Shown: in pieces, positions 45,843-54,567 of the stretch
Position numbering within the stretch: position 1 is the first letter of the stretch
Layout of the letters: each line of letters starts with the position of its first letter
Source: Pseudomonadota bacterium
Lineage (GTDB): Bacteria; Pseudomonadota; Alphaproteobacteria; Micropepsales; Micropepsaceae
DNA: 64,000 bases
NCBI GenBank assembly: GCA_021804785.1
Contig: JAJZGY010000003.1
Span: 57,166 to 121,165, forward strand
Reading direction: 5' to 3'
Notes under the pieces: model-generated
The model's input: only the letters and a program-made list of their open reading frames with translations
What the model was told of the DNA's origin: nothing
Database searches by the model: none
Made by a program: the position numbers and the translations under genes

Positions 45843-46430
45843 GGCGCCTTGTCATGCACCTGCCGCGGGGTGGGAGGCCCCCATGAGAGTGCAGTAAGCG
45901 GTTTATGAGACGGGTTTGCGCGGGGTCCGGCTTGGCCTTCCCGCTGAGGAAACCGAGAAGTATTCTTCTGCACCAGTGGTTGATGTTGGCGTTGGTACGT
46001 TCGCCCCATGGGCGCGGCAGCCCATACCCACATTAGTCGTCGCTCGCCGAAGGGAAGTGGAATGCCGGGCGGGCGGTGTTCAAAGGGGGACGAACCTGAA
46101 GGCCTGTGGGCAAGGATGTTGCCCGATCCTTAGGAGACGGATTGGGGCGCCCCGTGGTGCCTGAAGGTACTGCCTCGGATCGCTCCGCACAGCCCATCGC
46201 AAAGTGGGCCTCTGGCCGCCAGAATGCTTGTTTGGGCGGCGGGATGAGATCCTGGCCGTTCAGAAGCCTCAGGAGATCGCTCCTAGGGACGTGCAAGGCA
46301 TCTGGTAGACCAACCGGAAACTCCGGCGGGTAGTTTAGGCTGCCACCCCTTGTGTTGAGCCGCGGGAAGTATCGTGGACGCTCTCAGTGTCCCCTCGGGG
46401 CAAGCGTGAAAAGCTGTCCCAACGACACTG
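45843..46430 (+). ncRNA. Candidate large structured non-coding RNA (~590 nt), family unassigned
   Basis: No credible ORF in the ~700-nt rarA-pccA gap. More than 15 hand-found helices including long-range ones, with G-U pairs valid only on the + strand (details in findings). Boundaries are approximate. Confidence 0.55.
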
Positions 46431-46532
46431 CTCGGCGACTTCCGCGTCAATCTCGTCATCATCTGTTTACGGCCCGCATTGGACCCCATAAAAGTATAGT
46501 CGCCATAATTTCATCTGCCTAAGGGGTCCGGG

Positions 46533-48530
46533 TTGTTTAACAAAATTCTAATAGCCAATCGGGGCGAGATTGCCTGCCGCGTGATCAAGACTGCGCGGAA
46601 GATGGGGATCAAGACTGTCGCCGTCTATTCAGACGCCGATCAGGATGCATTGCATGTGGAGATGGCAGACGAGGCGGTGCGAATTGGTCCCGCCGCATCG
46701 GCCCAGTCCTATCTCATGGCCGAGCGGATCGTTCAGGCCTGCCGCGATACCGGGGCTCAGGCGGTTCATCCAGGCTACGGGTTTCTCTCGGAGCGCGAGA
46801 GCTTTGCTCAGGCCCTAGCTGCTGCCGGCGTGGCCTTTATTGGGCCAAATCCGCATGCCATTGCGGCCATGGGCGATAAGATCGAGTCCAAAAAACTTGC
46901 AGTCAAAGCAGGCGTAACAACTGTGCCCGGCTTTGTGGGAGAGATAAAGGACGCAGCTCACGCCAAGCAGATAGCACACGATATCGGCTACCCGGTTATG
47001 GTAAAGGCCTCTGCCGGCGGCGGTGGCAAGGGGCTGCGTATCGTTCACAGCGAAAAAGAAATCGTGCAGGCTATCCAGTCGTCACAAAACGAAGCCAGGG
47101 CGAGCTTTGGTGATGATCGCCTCTTTGTCGAAAAATTTGTCACCGAGCCCAGACATATCGAAATCCAAGTATTGGGGGACAAGCATGGCAATGTGATCTA
47201 TCTCAACGAGCGCGAGTGTTCGATCCAGCGTCGGCACCAAAAGGTTATTGAGGAAGCTCCATCGCCATTCCTTGATGACCGAACACGGCGCGCAATGGGC
47301 GAGCAGGCGGTCGCATTGGCTAAAGCCGTGGGATACGACAGTGCTGGAACGGTGGAATTTATCGTTGACCGTGACCGTAATTTTTACTTTCTTGAGATGA
47401 ATACGCGCCTGCAGGTTGAACACCCGGTGACGGAACTCATCACAGGCCTTGATCTGGTGGAATTGATGATCCGGGTTGCGGCGGGGGAACGCCTGCCTAT
47501 CTCCCAGTCAGATGTAAAGATTAATGGCTGGGCAGTTGAAGCCCGAATTTACGCCGAGGATCCCTACCGTGGCTTTCTCCCATCAACTGGTCGCTTGTCC
47601 CGTTATAGGCCGCCCGAAGAGGGACGACGTGGTGGCATCATGGTGCGTAACGACACTGGCGTGTACGAAGGCGGCGAAATTTCTATTTATTATGATCCAA
47701 TGATTGCCAAGCTTTGCACGCACGGCTCTTCGCGCGACGTAGCTGTTGCGGGGATGGGCGAGGCACTTGATGAATTCCTCATAGAGGGCATCAACCATAA
47801 TATACCGTTCCTAGCAGCGATCATGCACAATGATCGATTCAAGCAAGGTAGGCTCAGCACCGGCTTCATTGCTGAGGAGTTTCCCGATGGCTTTCACGGC
47901 AGGGAGATCGACGAATCAACTATGCGCCGCTTCGCTGCAGTTGCAACGGCGGTAAAGATCATACGCACAGAACGGGCTAGTCGCGTATCCGGACAGCTTG
48001 ATGGCGCACTTGGAGTACCTAGAAGCGTAATCGTTACACTTGCCGAGCAGGAAGTTGAAGTGCGTGAAGCTTCACTGAAGGGTGAAGAGTTCAGGGCGCG
48101 GATCGAGGGCAAGGAATTCGTGGGGCGCATAGCGTGGTACATCGGTCAGTCGATCCTCCGGCTTGAAGACGAAAGGGGCGTTGCTGCCATTAAAGTCACA
48201 AGGGAACCGGGAGGGTATCGACTGACGCACGCTGGTATCGATGTCAAAGTAAGCGTCCGAGTACCTCCAATTGCCAGACTTGCCCGTCTCATGCCCCAAA
48301 AGGCGCCTCCCGATACGTCAAAATTTCTTCTCTGCCCGATGCCAGGGCTCGTGGTTTCGATCAACGTCTCAGAAGGTGCCGACGTCAAGTCCGGAGAGAC
48401 TTTAGCTGTCGTTGAAGCCATGAAAATGGAGAATGTTCTCACCGCAGAACGCGATGGCGTGATTAAAAAGATTAATGTTGGGAAAGGCGATAGCCTGGCA
48501 CTGGATGATGTCATTCTCGAATTTGTCTGA
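46533..48530 (+). CDS. pccA: Propionyl/acyl-CoA carboxylase alpha subunit (biotin carboxylase + biotin carrier)
   Basis: KILIANRGEIACRV, ECSIQRRHQK, EMNTRLQVEH, biotinylation motif EAMKM; TTG start. Confidence 0.88.
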   Translation: MFNKILIANRGEIACRVIKTARKMGIKTVAVYSDADQDALHVEMADEAVRIGPAASAQSYLMAERIVQACRDTGAQAVHPGYGFLSERESFAQALAAAGVAFIGPNPHAIAAMGDKIESKKLAVKAGVTTVPGFVGEIKDAAHAKQIAHDIGYPVMVKASAGGGGKGLRIVHSEKEIVQAIQSSQNEARASFGDDRLFVEKFVTEPRHIEIQVLGDKHGNVIYLNERECSIQRRHQKVIEEAPSPFLDDRTRRAMGEQAVALAKAVGYDSAGTVEFIVDRDRNFYFLEMNTRLQVEHPVTELITGLDLVELMIRVAAGERLPISQSDVKINGWAVEARIYAEDPYRGFLPSTGRLSRYRPPEEGRRGGIMVRNDTGVYEGGEISIYYDPMIAKLCTHGSSRDVAVAGMGEALDEFLIEGINHNIPFLAAIMHNDRFKQGRLSTGFIAEEFPDGFHGREIDESTMRRFAAVATAVKIIRTERASRVSGQLDGALGVPRSVIVTLAEQEVEVREASLKGEEFRARIEGKEFVGRIAWYIGQSILRLEDERGVAAIKVTREPGGYRLTHAGIDVKVSVRVPPIARLARLMPQKAPPDTSKFLLCPMPGLVVSINVSEGADVKSGETLAVVEAMKMENVLTAERDGVIKKINVGKGDSLALDDVILEFV

Positions 48531-48539
48531 ATCTCATTT

Positions 48540-50553
48540 GTCCAAAAGCGTGTCGGATCTGCAGAAACAAGCGAGGCTGTGAGTTTATTTGCAGTCTCGT
48601 TATCTGCAATAGCGTGGATGCATCGCGCAGACCATTGTAGGTGATTACCGTCTCTCCAAAAATAATGGGAAGGGCATTATCAACTTCTGCTCGAAGAGAC
48701 CAAGCGGAAACAGGGTCATACTGCCGGTGAATTTGGATATAAGGTAGTACAATGAACCAGAGTTCATAGCTCTGTACGCGATAGTAGTATTCATCCCAGC
48801 TCTCGTCGAAGCCTATCCCCCAGGTTGATTGCGATCGCGAAATGTCCTGAGCAAAAGTTACCCCTGATTGAGTGGGGGTGTTTGCCAGAGATCCGACGAG
48901 CCTGGTGTATGACTGGATCCTGAACCGAACTAAAGCGGAACGCGGACTTGAGGCGTAGCTTTCCTCTCGCAATATCTAATCGTGTCAACAGCAATCTGGC
49001 ATCAACGTAGATCTTGTTATCCCGTTCGTTAGAAAGGTGTCCAGAGGCGTCATACATTGTTCCGTTGGCGTAGATCGGAACGCAGTCAATAGCGTCTGCC
49101 ATTTCGTCATGCAAAAGTCCCAGACGCAGCGTCCCGCTGCGCCAAAATTGACGTTGAAGGTGTAGCTCATATTGCATGTGCTGATCTGGTCTGAGCTGGG
49201 AATTTCCTGCATGCACCCCGGATGTTAGTAGATCGCTCGGCGCGGCGAAGTTTGTGTAATCAAGCTGGCCAACCTTACGCTGAATGCGCAATCTCACCTG
49301 AGTATTGTGATCTGGTGTCTATGACAGCACCATTCTTGGCTTTGGATAAAAGAGTGAACGCGTCTGACGGGCGTCGCCGCCTCCATGGATGAAGGAAAAT
49401 TCAAACCGGTTTCCAGCTCGAAGTGACGTGTTGGTTGAGAAGTTCCAGGTTATCTGGAGAAATGCTTGACCGCGTTGCTCGGAAACATCCGCATTGGCTC
49501 CAGGCGGAGACAATGCAATGGCATTATCTGTGTAGCTTCTTCAGCTGTTGACCTAGTTATATACCGCCTCTCCGCCACCTTCGACAGAGATATCACTGTG
49601 ACTGTCGTAACGCAGTACTGCGCGAAGTATTGACTCGCCTGTATTTTGAGCTGTGGAGAAAGTCCGATTGCTTTCTGGAGAAAATGATTCATTGATCTCG
49701 GTATACTGATCCAGTCGCTGTAACGATCGCACGCTTAGGGAAAAGTCAGTCCAACGTCTGGTCCAGTGTGTACCCAATTCGATGTCATTCAGGTGGCTAT
49801 CGGCTATGAGCCGTTGCATCTTGGCGGCTGAGACGGACTTAAGAAGGGAATTATTTGGGCTTTCCCGAACTGACAGGTTGGTGCGCAAACTGCATTTCAA
49901 GAGTGGCATGGCAATCGTGCCATTAAAATTCCATCCTTCGGCTGCGCTGGTATAGTTAACATGTTGAAGCGTAGCGGCTCATGGATAATCTATGACGGTA
50001 TTTGTTCCTCCACCAACAATGTCGTCGTAATTTGGAAAGCGTTCGACGGTGACTTCGTAACGCCAGGCACCATTGGTGTGTGCGCATTCTGGCTTCATAT
50101 CATGAACGGAGTGTCCGTCCGGCCAGATGATGGCGCTGAGCGAGGCTATAAGGTTCGTTAACGCAGATGTATTCCGGATGACGTCTGCGACAATCGTGTG
50201 GCCTTCCATATTGATGCCACGCGGATTTCCACTTATGACCTGAATTTTCATCACATCCGCTGTTGGAATTCGTTCGAGTATTGATTTTAGGTCGTCGGTT
50301 TTGGCGGTTGGGCGTTGGCCATCTATTAGGACATTGTCGGCGGTTCCTGCATAGCCGCGCGCATTTGTTCCGTCGTCAAAAAAGCGAATCCTGGCAAACG
50401 CCTGATCATGTCATAAGCGGTGTTAGGATGGGCAGCTGCAAAGAATGATGCCGGATAGCTCGAATTGGCCGCAGCATGCGCTGAGGTCGACAGTAAAAGT
50501 GTCGGGCAGGACGGCAGGGTGAGTCGGCAGTCGATCATCCTTCGAAAGGGCAT
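48540..50553 (-). pseudogene. TonB-dependent receptor, fragmented
   Basis: Fragments in different frames: SYPASFFAAAHPNTAYDMIRRLPGF, LIDGQRPTAKTDDLKSILERIP..IQVISG (plug), barrel strands, C-terminal LFLQIRHAFG. Many stops and frameshifts. Confidence 0.8.
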
Positions 50554-50724
50554 GTACACTTCCATCATGGTGAGAAGGGTACGTATGACTTTCTTGCTGT
50601 TGCACAAACCTGCGAGAGGCGCATAACTGAGACGCTTTTTCGGCATGAAATACGAGGTATTGAATGCACCGGGCAGTGACTCTAGCTTGGTTGTGCAAGA
50701 CACCTTGTGTCGGAGAACTTTCCA

Positions 50725-51024
50725 ATGAGCGATGGCAGCACTGATGACCTGACGTGCTTGCGGTTCCGTATCGAGGGGCATGTTCAGGCAGTGGGATATC
50801 GCAATTTTGTGATGTCTGAGGCGCGCAAGCTGGGATTGGACGGCTGGGTCCGCAACCGCGCGGATGGGACCGTTGAGGCGCTTGTGGCTGGTCCTACAAA
50901 GGCCATCGAAGAGTTTTTCGTTTCATGCTCGCGTGGTCCGTCGGGTAGCCGCGTCGACAATGTGCAAATGGAAAGCGCCGAACTGCCGAGAGAGAAGGGA
51001 TTTCGGAGACGGTCATCGATTTAG
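50725..51024 (+). CDS. acyP: Acylphosphatase
   Basis: IEGHVQAVGYR, GWVRNRADGTVE; 99 aa. Confidence 0.9.
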   Translation: MSDGSTDDLTCLRFRIEGHVQAVGYRNFVMSEARKLGLDGWVRNRADGTVEALVAGPTKAIEEFFVSCSRGPSGSRVDNVQMESAELPREKGFRRRSSI

Positions 51025-51085
51025 CTTTTATAGTCTGGACTGGCACATAACTCGGGTTGGCGCACTAGCCGGGGGCGATGTGGGG

Positions 51086-51751
51086 CTATAGGTCGCCAGG
51101 GCTGTCCGTAACGCTCCCAAATACCTCCTCAAAGGCTTTCCGCAGCGCAACATCAGCGTCTGGCATGCTGATTGGAAGGCCGAGATCGTGCAGGCTCGTT
51201 ACGCCATGTTCCGAAATTCCACAGGGCACGATTCCACCAAAATGGGTCAGATCGGGGTCCACATTCAGCGATACGCCGTGATAGCTGACCCAACGGCGTA
51301 CCCGAACGCCGATGGCTGCGATTTTGTCTTCGCGCGATCCTCTCGCAACCCATATGCCGACTCGACCGGTGCGGCGCTCGCCCCTGACATTAAAGTAAGC
51401 TAGAGCGCGAATCAGCCATTCTTCAAGGTCATGCACATAGGCGCGGACGTCTGGGCGGCGGCGCTTCAGATCCAACATAACATAAGCCACACGCTGACCC
51501 GGCCCATGGTAGGTGTATTGTCCCCCTCGACCGGTTTTGAACACGGGAAAGCGAGGCTCGAGCAGGTCCTCAGTGCGGGCGCTGGTGCCGGCGGTATAGA
51601 TCGGGGGATGCTCGAGGAGCCAGATACGTTCTCTATCAGTATGATGGGCGATCGCGTCAACCCTTGCTTCCATGGCTGCCACCGCCTCAGGGTAGGGGAC
51701 GGGCTGCTCCGCAACCACCCACTCCGGCTGCATTAAGTCGGCGGAAACCAT
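51086..51751 (-). CDS. lipB: Lipoyl(octanoyl) transferase
   Basis: [34 protein letters not shown]; start at 51751 or 51733. Confidence 0.96.
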   Translation of the reverse strand: MVSADLMQPEWVVAEQPVPYPEAVAAMEARVDAIAHHTDRERIWLLEHPPIYTAGTSARTEDLLEPRFPVFKTGRGGQYTYHGPGQRVAYVMLDLKRRRPDVRAYVHDLEEWLIRALAYFNVRGERRTGRVGIWVARGSREDKIAAIGVRVRRWVSYHGVSLNVDPDLTHFGGIVPCGISEHGVTSLHDLGLPISMPDADVALRKAFEEVFGSVTDSPGDL

Positions 51752-51796
51752 ATTGGCGCCATGGTAGGGGGTGCTTACGCTCATAACAGGCCGGTC

Positions 51797-52039
51797 ATGT
51801 CCCTCAATTTTGAATCCGTCAAGGTGGAAATCTCCGTCGTTCTCGGGCGTGCAGTAATCCCGATGCATCAACTCCTTCGCATGGGCCGCGGCGCGGTGAT
51901 TGAACTCAACTCCCATCAGGATGATCCGGTCACGATCTATGCCAACGAGAGGCCTGTGGCGCGGGGCGACATCGTCATTCACGGGGATAAAATCGGGGTC
52001 TCTGTGACGGAGCTGTTGCGAGGGCATGTTCAAGATTAA
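51797..52039 (+). CDS. Small FliM/FliN C-terminal (SpoA) domain protein
   Basis: [30 protein letters not shown]; divergent from lipB. Confidence 0.85.
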   Translation: MSLNFESVKVEISVVLGRAVIPMHQLLRMGRGAVIELNSHQDDPVTIYANERPVARGDIVIHGDKIGVSVTELLRGHVQD

Positions 52040-52133
52040 ACACAAGTAAAGTGTATAATATTTTTATTACCACTTAATTCTTGCATAATGTTGTCTCTGG
52101 TCCTAGCTTTGCGGGGCATGCCGGAGCGCGACC

Positions 52134-52631
52134 ATGCTTCCCATTATGCTTTCCTCCGAGATTGTTGTCGGACTCTGCGGTCGCGGCACGCCTGGTGCGC
52201 GGCGCGCGAAGCTGCTGCGCGAGGCGGGAATTACTCCTTGTCTGATCAGTGATGAACCCGAGCAGAGCGTATTGGCGGGCCTCCAGGTACTTTTTATTGC
52301 AGGGTTGAGTGCGCCACGACCGCTGGCTCAGCAGGCTCGGGCCTCGGGGGTCATTGTCAACGTCGAGGACGTACCGGAGCTTTGTGACTTTCACGTTCCT
52401 GCGTGTGTTCGGCGGGGAGATCTGCTGCTGACTGTGGCCACAGGTGGTCAGGCTCCGGGGCTTGCTCGGCTCATTCGAGAATGGCTGGAACTAAAGTTTC
52501 CAAGCCAATGGTCGGAGTACCTGGAGGATCTCGCTGATAGGCGGGAGCGGTGGCGAAGAGAGGGTCTCGAGCCTACCGTAATGGTTGAGCGCCTGCGCCG
52601 CTTTTTAGAAGAAAAGGGTTGGCTCAAATGA
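52134..52631 (+). CDS. Siroheme synthase N-terminal-like (precorrin-2 dehydrogenase/ferrochelatase) protein
   Basis: VNVEDVPELCDFHVPA.VRRGDLLLTVATGGQAPGLARLIRE; no methyltransferase domain. Confidence 0.8.
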   Translation: MLPIMLSSEIVVGLCGRGTPGARRAKLLREAGITPCLISDEPEQSVLAGLQVLFIAGLSAPRPLAQQARASGVIVNVEDVPELCDFHVPACVRRGDLLLTVATGGQAPGLARLIREWLELKFPSQWSEYLEDLADRRERWRREGLEPTVMVERLRRFLEEKGWLK

Positions 52632-53371
52632 CGGCTTACAGTGTTGTGGATAATTTGAGGCCGCCGCCCGAGATCTTGGAAAGATTAAATGATCTAAGAA
52701 ATAAGGCGAGTGGTCGTGATGCCCAAGAGATTTTGCAAATAGCACTCAATCATGAGTTCGAAGGGCAAACAGTAGTTGTTTCCTCATTTGGTGCGGAATC
52801 TGCCATATTACTTCATTTAGTAGCAAGAATTGATCCAAATACTCCAATTATATTCCTCAATACGGGAAAGCTGTTTGGGGAGACGCTACGGTATCGCGAC
52901 CGCCTTCAAGAGCAGCTTGGACTGTGCGATGTGCGGTCGATCGGTCCGGATCCTGCCATGCGCCAGCAGCGCGATCCCGATGGCATTCTGTGGTCCAAGG
53001 ATGCGGACGCCTGCTGCGACCTCAGGAAGGTGGATCCTTTAAGCCGGGCGCTTTCAGCGTTTAGCGCCCAAATCACGGGTCGAAAAAGGTTTCAAACAGG
53101 CACTCGGGCAAATATGGAACGGGTTGAATTCTTTGAGGGGCGTTTTCGATTTAACCCGTTGGCTGATTGGAGCCAGCAGATGTTGAATGAATATATGGAG
53201 GCCAATCAGCTTCCGCCTCACCCTTTAGTCGAGGATGGCTATCCATCAATTGGTTGCATGCCATGCACCCGCCGGGTAGCCCCTGGCGAAGGGTACCGGG
53301 ATGGGCGGTGGGCAGGTCTCGACAAGGATGAATGCGGTATACATCTCGGGGTTGATGGGGAGGGCATCTAG
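52628..53371 (+). CDS. cysH: Phosphoadenylyl-sulfate/APS reductase
   Basis: SSFG, TGRKR, GYPSIGCMPCT, ECGIH; CC...CxxC pattern typical of the Fe-S APS-reductase type. Confidence 0.93.
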   Translation: MTAYSVVDNLRPPPEILERLNDLRNKASGRDAQEILQIALNHEFEGQTVVVSSFGAESAILLHLVARIDPNTPIIFLNTGKLFGETLRYRDRLQEQLGLCDVRSIGPDPAMRQQRDPDGILWSKDADACCDLRKVDPLSRALSAFSAQITGRKRFQTGTRANMERVEFFEGRFRFNPLADWSQQMLNEYMEANQLPPHPLVEDGYPSIGCMPCTRRVAPGEGYRDGRWAGLDKDECGIHLGVDGEGI

Positions 53372-53626
53372 CGGAGAGATAGATCTTGGAGGCTGTTTGG
53401 GCGGATATTAGCCGGGTTGGTCCCGCGGTGCGCGGTGCCTTTGATCCATATTGCGTCCACGCGTCATGGAATGTCCGTCCTAGTGGCTGTTTGGGTGGGA
53501 GCATGGGGGGTATCTGCAGTCATTCCGGGTTGCAGTTTCCGGATCGGTTAGCAACCAATTTTCCTTGTGCATTCACCCTTTCCCTCGAGGAATGGATTTG
53601 CTACACCCGCCCGCCTGTCGACACGT

Positions 53627-53710
53627 GCGGTCGTGGCGGAACGGTAGACGCGCTAGCTTGAGGTGCTAGTGGGGCAACCCGTGGAAGTTCGAGTCTTCTC
53701 GACCGCACCA
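53627..53710 (+). tRNA. tRNA-Leu (GAG)
   Basis: GCGGTCG/CGACCGC acceptor stem, anticodon arm CTAGC-TTGAGGT-GCTAG, variable arm, encoded CCA. Confidence 0.98.
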
Positions 53711-53868
53711 GATGCCTTTTAAGCACTTGTTTTTATTTAGTAAAATATTGGGCTAGGTGTTGAAGAATCAGTTGTGGTGGGTAATGAGCCAATGGCCCAT
53801 TCGAGAGCGATATTTCGCTTACGCGACGGTTAATTCCACGCTCCCTCGCAGACGGTAGCCGTGATTGT

Positions 53869-54177
53869 TCATGTCGCCGGACGCGATGCAATCGTGGCAG
53901 GCTCGTCGGCCAACTCTGCATTTGGCACTGCGAGGTGATAGATGCTCCGCAAGTTCAGCCACAGTTCGAGTCCGTTGCGGAAGAAGCGGCACAGACGCAA
54001 TACCACGGCAGCGGTTACAGGTGCCTGCTCCTCAAGCAACAGATAGCGCTGTGCACGCGAAATCCCGAGTGATTTGGCTGTGTCGACCTTACTCTTGGAA
54101 ACCTCGGGGAGGACGATCTCTCCCAAAAGTGCTGCAGGATGCACCGAGTCAAGTCCGCTCGTCCGATAGTTGTTCAT
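53869..54177 (-). pseudogene. higA: HigA-family antitoxin, open but apparently degenerate
   Basis: HPAALLGE, TAKSLGISR, PVTAAVVLRL, ELWLNL resemble the HigA HPGE..WLNLQ pattern with key residues altered. Confidence 0.7.
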
Positions 54178-54321
54178 CAATGATAATCCTCTAATCCAGG
54201 TCTACTATCTCAGGCCTCCGAAGCTGAAGGTGGTACGCCAGTTCTCACTGCCCCAAATGGAACAACGCACTGGCCTGCCTCTTAGCCGATGAAAGCGCAG
54301 CCCGGGCAGATAGAGCGCTTC
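54177..54321 (-). pseudogene. higB: HigB-family toxin, C-terminal relic
   Basis: EALYLPGLRFHRLRG..RCSIW..NWRTTFSF, then after frameshifts LEDYH* whose TGA overlaps the higA ATG. Confidence 0.7.
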
Positions 54322-54413
54322 CTGGCGCGGCGCTGGGCCATTAGGAGGGCGCGAATGAGCGTCCATAGCGCTACGATGGACGCGAGAGCGCTAGCTATGA
54401 GGGTGAGAGTCAT
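54282..54413 (-). CDS. Possible 43-aa single-pass membrane peptide
   Basis: MTLTLIASALASIVALWTLIRALLMAQRRARKRSICPGCAFIG: hydrophobic helix plus basic tail. The 3' end overlaps the higB relic in another frame. Confidence 0.3.
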   Translation of the reverse strand: MTLTLIASALASIVALWTLIRALLMAQRRARKRSICPGCAFIG

Positions 54414-54567
54414 CTCAGCCCCTGATATGCCTCGAAAATAGCGTCTCCCACTCCACGGCCGATTGCTCTCGCGTAAAAACCAACCAGGGCGTGGCACGCG
54501 CCATTTTGCGTATAATCCGTATCGTTGCGCGACAACCGGTTAGAGCCTTGATGGTTCTGTCCACCTT

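Noticed and set aside
45824-45848. ACCTGATCTGAGTATCTGGCG resembling a TPP riboswitch core
   Set aside because: The upstream CTGAGA element and P1/P2 stems are missing and it overlaps the rarA stop.
45832-46532. rarA-pccA gap as RNase P RNA, permuted tmRNA, 6S RNA, hammerhead or group I intron
   Set aside because: No GAGGAAAGTCC/AACCCGGCTTA (RNase P), no tRNA-like ends or tag peptide (tmRNA), too long and branched for 6S, CTGAGGA is not followed by stem II plus GAAA, and AAAGTATAGTC at 46491 is better explained as a -10 element. GOLLD/ROOL/OLE could not be excluded by eye and need cmscan.
51752-52045. 98-aa N-terminal extension of the lipB ORF
   Set aside because: It is the antisense of the FliN-like gene; LipB similarity starts near 51751.
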